From Eubacteriales bacterium (lineage in GTDB: Bacteria > Bacillota > Clostridia > Oscillospirales > CAG-272): a stretch of DNA of 64,000 bases. Shown here one piece after another: positions 44,394 through 52,934 of this stretch. The notes below the pieces were generated by a model. It did not search any database. It was not told where the DNA came from and saw only the letters and a program-made list of their open reading frames with translations. The position numbers were made by a program, and so were the translations under genes. The stretch lies in contig JAZSEC010000024.1 in the NCBI GenBank assembly GCA_045531485.1, positions 3,666 to 67,665 of the forward strand, in the 5' to 3' direction. Position 1 is the stretch's first letter; each line of letters opens with the position of its first letter.

Positions 44394-45032
44394 ATGTCAG
44401 ACAAACGCAAAAACAATCAGAATCGGGATTCCGACAAGCTTGGCGGATATGAGCTTAAGACCGATGCGGTAAACAGGCTTCTTAACGCCGACAAAAAGGC
44501 TGATCCCAAATCCAAGGTCGATCCCGGCAAGCAATATCGCTCCAAGGGATTTCTCGACAGGATCCCATCGCCCATCAAGGCTTTATTCATAAAGTTTTGG
44601 TTCAGCGGTGCCGTATGCTTCTTCATCTATTGGGGTCTCGGAATGTATATCTGGGACACTCTTGATATGATAGTAGTCTTAGGCGTGGTTATGGGCATGG
44701 TAACCGACATTCTTGTAAACAATGCTTTCCGCTTCTTTGAGGTAACACCGGGCAGCAACAGTAAATGGATGATGTTCCCGAAGAAAAAGTTCTGGACCTT
44801 CTTCACCAATATCATCTACGGATTTATTATCGTTTTGCTCGTCGCATGGATTTATAGCGGTACTAACGTTCTTCTTAATCATATAAACGGCAGCGAGGAA
44901 CAGATCTATCTTGGCGTTGAGCCTGTTCTGTTCGGCATTCTCTACGTTGCTGTTGATATGCTGTTTATCGGCATGAAGAACCTTGTTATTAAGATCATCA
45001 CTGATGCTAAAGCAAAGGTAAGCTCTAAGTAA
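44394..45032 (+). CDS. Hypothetical 4-TM membrane protein with an approximately 60-aa basic N-terminal tail
   Basis: 212-aa ORF starting 9 nt after the previous gene. Four hydrophobic segments; no recognisable family. Confidence 0.55.
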   Translation: MSDKRKNNQNRDSDKLGGYELKTDAVNRLLNADKKADPKSKVDPGKQYRSKGFLDRIPSPIKALFIKFWFSGAVCFFIYWGLGMYIWDTLDMIVVLGVVMGMVTDILVNNAFRFFEVTPGSNSKWMMFPKKKFWTFFTNIIYGFIIVLLVAWIYSGTNVLLNHINGSEEQIYLGVEPVLFGILYVAVDMLFIGMKNLVIKIITDAKAKVSSK

Positions 45033-45033
45033 A

Positions 45034-46578
45034 ATGATTAAAACATTATTTATTTCATCAACCTCGGCCTGCTTTGAATGGCAAAATGACTATCCATACT
45101 ACAACAATAAAGAATATAAAATATTCCTGAACGGCAAGCAGGTTTTTGTTGGAAATACTAACGTTTTTTCCCTCTTTGATCTGCTTCCCGGTACAAAATA
45201 CAGCATTACGTCCCCCAACTTTGGCGGCAAGGTGGAGTTTCGCACCAAGAGTGAGAGTGCGGCTATAAGCGTTCGCGACTTTGGTGCCGTTGGTGACGGA
45301 AAAACCGATGATACGGTTGCAGTGCAGACCGCCATTAACTGTCTGCCTAAGGATGGAAGACTTTATTTCCCCAAGGGAACCTATCTCGTTGCTCCTCTCT
45401 GTCTTAAGAATCACATCACTCTTGATATTCCCGAGGGCTCGTGTATTCTTGGCTCGGCAGACAGAAGCCGTTATCCCGTAATTCCCGGCACGACCGTCGA
45501 CGTTGTGAGTGGCGAGGAGCATTTCTTCGGCACCTGGGAGGGTAATGCGGTTCCTATGCATCAGGCTCTTATCTTTGCCGAGCATGCTGAGGATATTACC
45601 ATCGTGGGCAGAGGTATGATAAACGGCAACGCTCCCGAGGCGGGCTGGTGGATCAACGTTAAGGATCAGAAGGTTGGACGTCCCAGACTGATGTTCTTCA
45701 ATCGCTGTGAGGGTATTCGCGTTCACGGTATTCACGCCTGCAATGCGGCATCCTGGCAGATGCATCCTTACTTCTCAAAGGAGATCGACTTCCTTGATAT
45801 GTTTATCTCCGCACCCAAGGATAGCCCCAACACCGACGCCATCGACCCCGAGGCATGTGACAGAGTGGATATCATAGGCTGTCGCTTCAGCGTTGGTGAC
45901 GACTGTATCGCTGTAAAATCGGGTAAAATTGACATTGGCAGAAGGTTCAAGACCCCCGCCAACAGATACACGATTCGCAACTGCCTTATGGAATTCGGTC
46001 ACGGTGCAGTTACTCTCGGCAGCGAGATGGCAGGCGGCGTTACCAATCTTACCGTAAACCGTTGCGTTTTCAGACAGACCGACAGAGGTCTGCGTATTAA
46101 ATCCCGTCGTGGACGCGGCAAGGACGCGATCATTGACGGCGTAGTATTTGAAAATATAAGAATGGAGGGTGTTCTTACCCCCATTGTAATGAATATGTGG
46201 TATAACTGCTGTGACCCTGACAGAAACAGCGAGTACGTCTGGTCAAGAAAGGCTCTGCCCGTTGACGACAGGACTCCCTATCTCGGCAGCTTTACCTTCA
46301 GCAATATGATCTGCCACGACTGTGAGGCGGCTGCCTGCTATTGCGACGGTCTGCCCGAGCAGCCTATCGAGGAGATCACTCTCGAGAACATCGACTTCAC
46401 CTTCTCCGAGAATGCACGTCCCTCAAAGCCCGCTATGCGTGAGTTTATGGAGGACTTCTGCCGCGTGGGAATGTATTTTGACAACGTTAAGCGTCTTAAT
46501 ATCGAAAACGTTACTATCAGCGGCGTTATAGGTGACGAGCTTATCACAAGCAACATCGGAGAGCTGGTTAAAAAATAA
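45034..46578 (+). CDS. GH28 exo-polygalacturonase-type pectinase (cytoplasmic, N-terminal FN3-like domain)
   Basis: RDFGAVGDGKTDDTVAVQTAIN, NTDAIDP, GDDCIAVKSG, GHGAVTLGSE and RGLRIKS are GH28 beta-helix signatures. No signal peptide. Confidence 0.85.
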   Translation: MIKTLFISSTSACFEWQNDYPYYNNKEYKIFLNGKQVFVGNTNVFSLFDLLPGTKYSITSPNFGGKVEFRTKSESAAISVRDFGAVGDGKTDDTVAVQTAINCLPKDGRLYFPKGTYLVAPLCLKNHITLDIPEGSCILGSADRSRYPVIPGTTVDVVSGEEHFFGTWEGNAVPMHQALIFAEHAEDITIVGRGMINGNAPEAGWWINVKDQKVGRPRLMFFNRCEGIRVHGIHACNAASWQMHPYFSKEIDFLDMFISAPKDSPNTDAIDPEACDRVDIIGCRFSVGDDCIAVKSGKIDIGRRFKTPANRYTIRNCLMEFGHGAVTLGSEMAGGVTNLTVNRCVFRQTDRGLRIKSRRGRGKDAIIDGVVFENIRMEGVLTPIVMNMWYNCCDPDRNSEYVWSRKALPVDDRTPYLGSFTFSNMICHDCEAAACYCDGLPEQPIEEITLENIDFTFSENARPSKPAMREFMEDFCRVGMYFDNVKRLNIENVTISGVIGDELITSNIGELVKK

Positions 46579-46596
46579 AAAACTGAGGTTACATCT

Positions 46597-47742
46597 ATGG
46601 CGGGTACAAACGCATACCTAAACATTGACAGATACATAGACCGTCTTATTACCGAGTCGACTCCGGATCTTCCTATATGGAATATTGAGAGCATCAGACA
46701 GGGTAAGAAGCCCCATTGGAACTATATCGACGGCTGTATGATCACCTCTCTTTTACAAATGAACGAGATTACCGGCGAGGATAAGTACTTCAGCTTTGCC
46801 GAGAGCTTTATCGACTACTACGTATCCGAGGACGGATCAATTCTCGGCTATGACGTGGAAAAGTATAATCTCGACGATCTTAACGAGGGTCGTGTGCTAT
46901 TCGAGCTTTATCGCAGGACGGGCAAGGAAAAATACCGTCTGGCTATTGAAAAGCAGAAGGCTCAGCTTGACGGACAGCCGAGAACCAACACCGGCAACTT
47001 CTGGCACAAGCTGATCTATCCCAACCAGATCTGGCTTGACGGCATATATATGGCTCAGGTTTTCAGCACACTTTATTCTAAGGAATACGGTGGCAAGGAC
47101 TACTCCGATATGCTCTCTCAGATCAAAAATGTAAACAAATATATGCAAGATAAGACCACCGGACTCTATTACCACGGTCTTGATTGCTCAAAATCTATAT
47201 TCTGGGCTGATAAGGAAAGCGGCCTGTCGAGGAATTTCTGGCTTAGATCTATCGGTTGGTTTACCGTGGCTATGGTGGACATTATCGAGATTATCGACGA
47301 CGGTGAAGCGAGAAAAGAGCTGACCCGGATATTCTCCGAGCTTATATCCTCCATTACCGCATTCCGCGACGAGTCCGGACTCTACTGGCAGGTGGTTGAT
47401 AAGCCCGGCAAGGATGGCAACTACCTTGAAACCAGCGGCTCCAGCATGATCGCCTATGCTCAGCTTAAGGGTGCACGCCTAGGTGTGCTTGATCCCTCCT
47501 ACGCAAAGCTTGGTAAGGCTACCTTCGACGGTATCTGCGACAGATACCTGACCGTAAGCGAGTCGGGTGAGCTTAATCTTGGCGGTATATGCTTGGTTGC
47601 GGGACTTGGCCCCGAGAACAACACCCGTCGCGATGGCTCCTATGAGTATTATATCTCCGAGCCTATCGTAGAGAACGATGCCAAGGGCGTTGCTCCCTTC
47701 GTGCTGTGCTATACGGAGATTCTCAGAGCAAGAGGAAACTAA
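46597..47742 (+). CDS. GH105 unsaturated rhamnogalacturonyl / glucuronyl hydrolase (YteR/YesR-like)
   Basis: WNYIDGCMITSLL, NFWHKLIYPNQIWLDGIYMA, RNFWLRSIGW and ETSGSSM match the GH88/GH105 alpha6/alpha6 barrel family. Confidence 0.85.
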   Translation: MAGTNAYLNIDRYIDRLITESTPDLPIWNIESIRQGKKPHWNYIDGCMITSLLQMNEITGEDKYFSFAESFIDYYVSEDGSILGYDVEKYNLDDLNEGRVLFELYRRTGKEKYRLAIEKQKAQLDGQPRTNTGNFWHKLIYPNQIWLDGIYMAQVFSTLYSKEYGGKDYSDMLSQIKNVNKYMQDKTTGLYYHGLDCSKSIFWADKESGLSRNFWLRSIGWFTVAMVDIIEIIDDGEARKELTRIFSELISSITAFRDESGLYWQVVDKPGKDGNYLETSGSSMIAYAQLKGARLGVLDPSYAKLGKATFDGICDRYLTVSESGELNLGGICLVAGLGPENNTRRDGSYEYYISEPIVENDAKGVAPFVLCYTEILRARGN

Positions 47743-47743
47743 A

Positions 47744-48604
47744 ATGAAGCTTATGATTCGTGCCCACGACCTCGGCGTAAAGGGCGAGGTGGCTGTTGCA
47801 AGGGCTCTTAATGACAGAGGGCTTGACGGCGTACAGCTTGTGGTCTATAAATGCACCGACGACGTAAAATACGAGCAGGGCTCTATAACCAAGGCTCGTG
47901 CGGCAGAGATCGGTGATGCTATCAGAAAAGAGGGTGCAGAGATCCCGCTGATCGGAGCATATTTCAACTGTGTTCATCCGAATACCGAGAAGATCGATCG
48001 CGGAATTGCCGTATTCAAGGATTATCTCGACGTAGCCGAGAGCATTGGCTGTGAAACCGTGGGATCTGAAACCGGATCCTATAACGGCGATCCTTGGATA
48101 TATCATCCAATGAATCACTCGGACGAGGCTCTTGACCGAGTGGTGAGTACCTTCACTGCCCTTGCCGACTATGCAGCCGAGCGAGGCAGATATATCGGTA
48201 TGGAGGGTGCCTTCGGTCACGTGTGTCATACACCCGAAAGGCTGCTTGAGGCGGTAAGACGCATTGGCAGAAGCAATATACGCATCATATTCGACCTTTA
48301 CAACTATCTTGACATTTCCAACGTAGACTCAGCTTATGATATTCTCGACCGTGGCCTTGAGCTTTTCGGCAAGGATATTCTACTCTTCCACGTTAAGGAT
48401 TTCGTAATTGCAGACGGCAAGCTGAAGCAATGCGGAGTCGGACGCGGAGTGCTTGATTACGATAGAATTTTAAGAAAAATATACCTTAAAAATCCCGATG
48501 CCATCCTCGTGCTTGAGGGTACAACGGGTGAGGATATCGATTACGCAGTATCCTTCCTCCGCACAAAAATCAACGAAATCAGTCAACCTGAAAGGAATGG
48601 TTAA
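47744..48604 (+). CDS. Sugar phosphate isomerase/epimerase (xylose-isomerase-like TIM barrel)
   Basis: Start at ATG 47744 (RBS AGAGGA), 1 nt after the GH105 stop. The pattern ...ETVGSETG...IGMEGAFGH...IIFDLYN...FHVKD fits the AP_endonuc_2 family metal ligands. Confidence 0.7.
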   Translation: MKLMIRAHDLGVKGEVAVARALNDRGLDGVQLVVYKCTDDVKYEQGSITKARAAEIGDAIRKEGAEIPLIGAYFNCVHPNTEKIDRGIAVFKDYLDVAESIGCETVGSETGSYNGDPWIYHPMNHSDEALDRVVSTFTALADYAAERGRYIGMEGAFGHVCHTPERLLEAVRRIGRSNIRIIFDLYNYLDISNVDSAYDILDRGLELFGKDILLFHVKDFVIADGKLKQCGVGRGVLDYDRILRKIYLKNPDAILVLEGTTGEDIDYAVSFLRTKINEISQPERNG

Positions 48605-48606
48605 AC

Positions 48607-49695
48607 ATGGCATATCTTTCACTTAAAGGAATCAACAAAATTTATCCCAACGGATTCCACGCCGTTCACGATTTCAATCTTGAGATCGAGCAGGGCGAGT
48701 TTATCTGCTTGGTAGGTCCCTCGGGCTGCGGAAAGTCCACTACTCTGCGTATGATCGCAGGTCTTGAGAACATCAGTAAGGGTGATTTCCTTATTGACGG
48801 TGTCCGTGCAAACGAAAAGGGACCCAGAGAGCGTGAAATAGCGATGGTATTCCAGAGCTATGCTCTTTATCCCCATATGTCTGTTTATGACAACCTTGCC
48901 TTCGGCCTTACTCTTCAGGGCGTTGACGATGAGGTTATCGAGGAGAAGGTAAATAATATTGCGAAGATCCTCGGCCTTACCGACTATCTTGACAGAAAGC
49001 CGAGAGCTCTTTCCGGCGGTCAGCGTCAGCGTGTTGCCGTAGGACGTGCTATTATTCGTAAGGTTGGTATCTTCCTTATGGACGAACCTCTCTCTAACCT
49101 TGATGCAAAGCAAAGAGTTACCATGAGATCCGAGATCACCGATATTCACCGTAAGGTTGGCTCTACCACCATCTACGTAACCCACGACCAGACCGAGGCT
49201 ATGACCATGGCTGACAGAATCGTGGTTATGAAGGACGGCTACATCCAGCAGGTAGGTACTCCCTACGAGCTTTACTTCAATCCCGTAAATATGTTCGTTG
49301 CAGGCTTTATTGGCGAGCCTCCCATGAACTTTGTTAATTCCACCGTACAGAACGGACAGATCAGCGTGCTTGGCTCCGACATTCATCTCTCTCATATTAT
49401 CTCCGACGAAACCGTGAGAGCTTATGAGGGCAAGACCGTTGCTCTTGGCTTCCGTCCCGAGGGTATTCTTCTCGGCAAGCAGGAGAACTCCTACGTATTC
49501 GAGGCTGACGTTGTTCTTACAGAGCTTCTCGGTGATAATACCAACGTATACGTTCAGGTAGGCGAAACCAGCCTTATCCTTAAGGTTGATCCCCATGACA
49601 CCCCCGAGCTTGACACAAGGATCACCTTCTCCGTTCCCTATGCTAACGCATATCTCTTCGACGGTGAGAGCGAATTCGTTATTCAGAAAAAGTAA
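48607..49695 (+). CDS. Second MsmK/MsmX-type sugar ABC transporter ATP-binding protein
   Basis: GPSGCGKSTTLRM, LSGGQRQRVAVGRA, FLMDEPLSNLDA, VTHDQTEA. A paralogue of 42694-43755. Confidence 0.9.
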   Translation: MAYLSLKGINKIYPNGFHAVHDFNLEIEQGEFICLVGPSGCGKSTTLRMIAGLENISKGDFLIDGVRANEKGPREREIAMVFQSYALYPHMSVYDNLAFGLTLQGVDDEVIEEKVNNIAKILGLTDYLDRKPRALSGGQRQRVAVGRAIIRKVGIFLMDEPLSNLDAKQRVTMRSEITDIHRKVGSTTIYVTHDQTEAMTMADRIVVMKDGYIQQVGTPYELYFNPVNMFVAGFIGEPPMNFVNSTVQNGQISVLGSDIHLSHIISDETVRAYEGKTVALGFRPEGILLGKQENSYVFEADVVLTELLGDNTNVYVQVGETSLILKVDPHDTPELDTRITFSVPYANAYLFDGESEFVIQKK

Positions 49696-49706
49696 TTTTA
49701 ATAAAG

Positions 49707-49745
49707 CAAAAAGGAGTACGAAAAACGTACTCCTTTTGTTTTTTG
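49707..49745. terminator. Bidirectional terminator between convergent operons
   Basis: aaaaa-ggagtacg-aaaaa-cgtactcc-ttttgtttttt. Confidence 0.85.
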
Positions 49746-49757
49746 TATATGGTGGGT

Positions 49758-50540
49758 TTATTTTTTATATTCGTAAAGCTTATAAAGCTTCTTTGACATT
49801 TTACCTGCGTAAAGACCGCGGAAAACCGATCTTTCCATACCAGAAAGCTCGTTAATGAGTCGATCGGGCGTCATTTCCCTCTCGCAGACGAGGTCGATTC
49901 CGCATTTTTCTAAGGCAAGTGGGTCATCAAATCCGTAAACCTTCGTTACTCCAACGTCGTTTATGGGATTTTTTATTTTCGACGCTCTGGCGGCAAAGGT
50001 GGTATAGCAATCCATCAGAAGCGAGATTCTGTCAAATCTTTCTGAGAGTCTACCGATAAGCGAGGACAGCTCCTCGGGCGAAAGATACATGCTGACGCCC
50101 TCCATAACTATAATGGCACTTCGATTATCTCCAAGGCCATATAGCCAGTCGTCGTTGCGGATATCACAGCCGATCATTTTATATAGCTCGGTTTCGTTGA
50201 AATAAAGCCGCCTTTCCTCTATAACCTCGGGAAAATCCAGATCAAACCACTCCGATCCGCCTACACCGACACGCTGTACTCTGCTGTCAAGGCCGCAGCC
50301 CAGGTGAAGAATGACGCTATCGCCCTTCTCCGCTATTTTTTCCCGAACCCAATCGTCGAACACGCGGGATCTCATTCCCATATAGTAAGCAAGCCACTTA
50401 GAAGCCGATTTGCCCTTCAGAGTAAAGCCTGATCTTGCCCAGACGTCCTCTGCCATTTTATCATTAAGTATTATTCCCCTTCTGCTGACGAGTGCCTTGC
50501 CAAAGAGAGGAATATATAGCGTTTTATTTACTTCCGTCAT
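49758..50540 (-). CDS. Class I SAM-dependent methyltransferase, LCMT / TcmP-like
   Basis: Start at ATG 50540, 1 nt after the upstream GH4 stop. TLYIPL...R, VILHLGCGLDSR and IVMEGVSMYL resemble the leucine carboxyl methyltransferase family. Confidence 0.6.
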   Translation of the reverse strand: MTEVNKTLYIPLFGKALVSRRGIILNDKMAEDVWARSGFTLKGKSASKWLAYYMGMRSRVFDDWVREKIAEKGDSVILHLGCGLDSRVQRVGVGGSEWFDLDFPEVIEERRLYFNETELYKMIGCDIRNDDWLYGLGDNRSAIIVMEGVSMYLSPEELSSLIGRLSERFDRISLLMDCYTTFAARASKIKNPINDVGVTKVYGFDDPLALEKCGIDLVCEREMTPDRLINELSGMERSVFRGLYAGKMSKKLYKLYEYKK

Positions 50541-50541
50541 A

Positions 50542-51921
50542 TTACTTAAAATAATCACCGAGATATTCCTTGGTATTCTCAACCATCTCATCAAAGAGTG
50601 CCTTGGCAGAGGGAATATCAATATTCACAAGCGGATCGTTTACGAATGCCTTAAATGCCAGATCAAGATTTCTTTCCCTTGTGGCACGTGCCATAATAGA
50701 CTGGGCGTCTGCCACCCTGGCAACGAGCTGCCATACTCCCTCGGGAATCCGACCTGCAAAGACGGGCGTTACCGAATTGTCGCGGAAGGCGGCGTTGGTT
50801 TCTACGACCACGCCGAGAGGAAGGTTGGGGATCTGACCCTCGTTAGGGATGTTTACGTTTGTGGTATAGTCGCAAAGTCCCAGCAGAGCACGGATCTGTC
50901 TTACGCCGTCCTCACCGGTTTCCTGAATGCTGACGGCCTCCTCGCCACTGCAAAGACGCTCACTTCTGGCAAGTCTTTGTACCAGATCATCCTTTCTGTA
51001 GCTTACGGGAGTACGGAGGAAGCCCCAGGACTTAACCTGCTCGTCATCCTTAAGATACCAGCTGCCCTCGCAGAACTCGGCAAGATGTCTATCACCTGCC
51101 GCGGCAATAACGCCGTATCTCCTATAAAGATCGAACTTTACTCGGTGGGCACAGGCAAAGAAGGAATCGGGATCAGCCTTCTCCAGTCCCTTATCGTAAT
51201 GCCTGTCAACAAAATCGGCATAAATCGCGTTAACGTCAAGATCACGGTATCTTGCATCGGTTATCCAGGTGAAGTGGTTAACGCCTACAACGTTTACCTT
51301 AACTGCCTTATGGTCGGCAACCTCCTCGCCAGTCGCCTCTGCTATCGCCTTAGCGATCACCTTCTGCGTTCCGAACACCTCGTGACAGCAGCCAAACGCC
51401 TTGATGCCGGGGAAGGTGTCGTAAAGAGCTCTGATGCAAAGTGCCATGGGGTTGGTGTAATTAATGACCCAGGCATTCGGACAATACTGCTCTATCGCCT
51501 TGGCAATAACCTCCATCATAGGAACGGTACGGAGGGCACGAATGATTCCACCGGGGCCGGTAGTATCGCCAACAGGCTGATAAATACCGTATTTTTCGGG
51601 TGTGTGAACGTCGCTCTCCATCTCGTCAAAGGTGGCGGGAAGAATTGAAATAATTACAAAATCAGCACCCGTCAGAGCCTCGCCAATGGTTTTTCTTGCA
51701 TGGTAGCTCCATTTTGATACAGCACCCTCGGCAAAATTAAACTTATTACCGATTATCTCATTATGTAAAGCGGCCTCGTAATCAATATCGTAAAGATCGA
51801 CCTGACCGCTAAGATCGCCCGCAACGGCAAGATCGCTCATAAGCTTCCACGCCCATCCGCGAGAGCCTCCGCCAATGTATGCGATCTTTAAATTTTCAAC
51901 GCCTCTGTCGGTATAGTTCAT
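50542..51921 (-). CDS. GH4 NAD/Mn-dependent glycosidase (LplD alpha-galacturonidase-like)
   Basis: Start at ATG 51921 (RBS GGAGG). The N-terminal Rossmann KIAYIGGGSRGW, NYTNPM and GCCHEV are GH4 signatures. Confidence 0.85.
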   Translation of the reverse strand: MNYTDRGVENLKIAYIGGGSRGWAWKLMSDLAVAGDLSGQVDLYDIDYEAALHNEIIGNKFNFAEGAVSKWSYHARKTIGEALTGADFVIISILPATFDEMESDVHTPEKYGIYQPVGDTTGPGGIIRALRTVPMMEVIAKAIEQYCPNAWVINYTNPMALCIRALYDTFPGIKAFGCCHEVFGTQKVIAKAIAEATGEEVADHKAVKVNVVGVNHFTWITDARYRDLDVNAIYADFVDRHYDKGLEKADPDSFFACAHRVKFDLYRRYGVIAAAGDRHLAEFCEGSWYLKDDEQVKSWGFLRTPVSYRKDDLVQRLARSERLCSGEEAVSIQETGEDGVRQIRALLGLCDYTTNVNIPNEGQIPNLPLGVVVETNAAFRDNSVTPVFAGRIPEGVWQLVARVADAQSIMARATRERNLDLAFKAFVNDPLVNIDIPSAKALFDEMVENTKEYLGDYFK

Positions 51922-52082
51922 ATCCGAGACCTCCAAAAATTGTTTTTTAACCCTCTTATAACATTATTATATATCAATAAAACATTGGTCGCCTTAAAAA
52001 TTATAGCATTTTTGCTTAAATTCCTTGATTTTTTTGATATTTTGTGATAAACTATAAATATCTTGATGAAGGACTTATTTTT

Positions 52083-52877
52083 ATGGAACAGAAAATCAGC
52101 GGAAAAATCGAAAACTATTATTTCAGCAAGGCTATTGATCGCCGTTACAGTGAGTCGACCCAGCACTATCATCCTCACTACGAGATCTACTATATGAAGG
52201 ACGGCTGCTGCCGATATTTCATAGACGACAGATCCTTTGACGTTGAGGCGGGTGACGTTATCTTTATTCCCAAGGGAATTATTCACCGTACCAACTACAC
52301 CACCGCATCTCACAGCCGTCTGCTGATCAACTTTACCGAGGAGTTTATTCCCGAAAACATGCTTGACCGCCTTATGGAATCAAGATACCTCTATCGTTCA
52401 AGGGAAATAGCCAAGAGCATTGAGGAGCTGTTTAATAAGATCGAGCATGAATACACTCATCCCGACGAGTATACCAAGGCTCTGCTTCGCTGTCATACGG
52501 CAGAGATGTTCTATCTTATAGTGCGTCATCCCGGCAGCCTTGAGGAAGCGACTACGGGCAACGAGCTTGTCGACAGCATAGTGAAATACATAAAGTATAA
52601 TTATATGAGCGATATAAAGCTTTCTGGCGTGGCAAAGATGAAATCGGTAAGCCCCGAGCATCTGTCCAGAACCTTTAAGTCCTGCACCGGATTCGGATTT
52701 AACGAGTACGTTACCCTTCTCCGACTTCGCAAGGCGGAAGAGATGATCAAGTGCGAGCCTGACAAGACCATCAGCGAGATAGCCTTTGAATGCGGCTTCA
52801 ATGACGGAAACTATTTCTCCTATAAATTCAAAAAAATGTACGGCATCTCTCCTATCAAGGCGAGAAACGAAAAATAA
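52083..52877 (+). CDS. AraC family transcriptional regulator (cupin N-domain + HTH)
   Basis: RBS GAAGGA before ATG 52083. C-terminal ISEIAFECGFNDGNYFSYKFKKMYGISP. Divergent from the GH4 gene. Confidence 0.85.
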   Translation: MEQKISGKIENYYFSKAIDRRYSESTQHYHPHYEIYYMKDGCCRYFIDDRSFDVEAGDVIFIPKGIIHRTNYTTASHSRLLINFTEEFIPENMLDRLMESRYLYRSREIAKSIEELFNKIEHEYTHPDEYTKALLRCHTAEMFYLIVRHPGSLEEATTGNELVDSIVKYIKYNYMSDIKLSGVAKMKSVSPEHLSRTFKSCTGFGFNEYVTLLRLRKAEEMIKCEPDKTISEIAFECGFNDGNYFSYKFKKMYGISPIKARNEK

Positions 52878-52893
52878 TATTGTTTGTTGTTTA

Positions 52894-52927
52894 AAAAGCG
52901 GCTTTGTTATATAAAGGCCGCTTTTTG
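52894..52927. terminator. Bidirectional terminator between araC and metH
   Basis: aaaaagcggcttt...aaaggccgcttttt. Confidence 0.75.
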
Positions 52928-52934
52928 TTATCTT

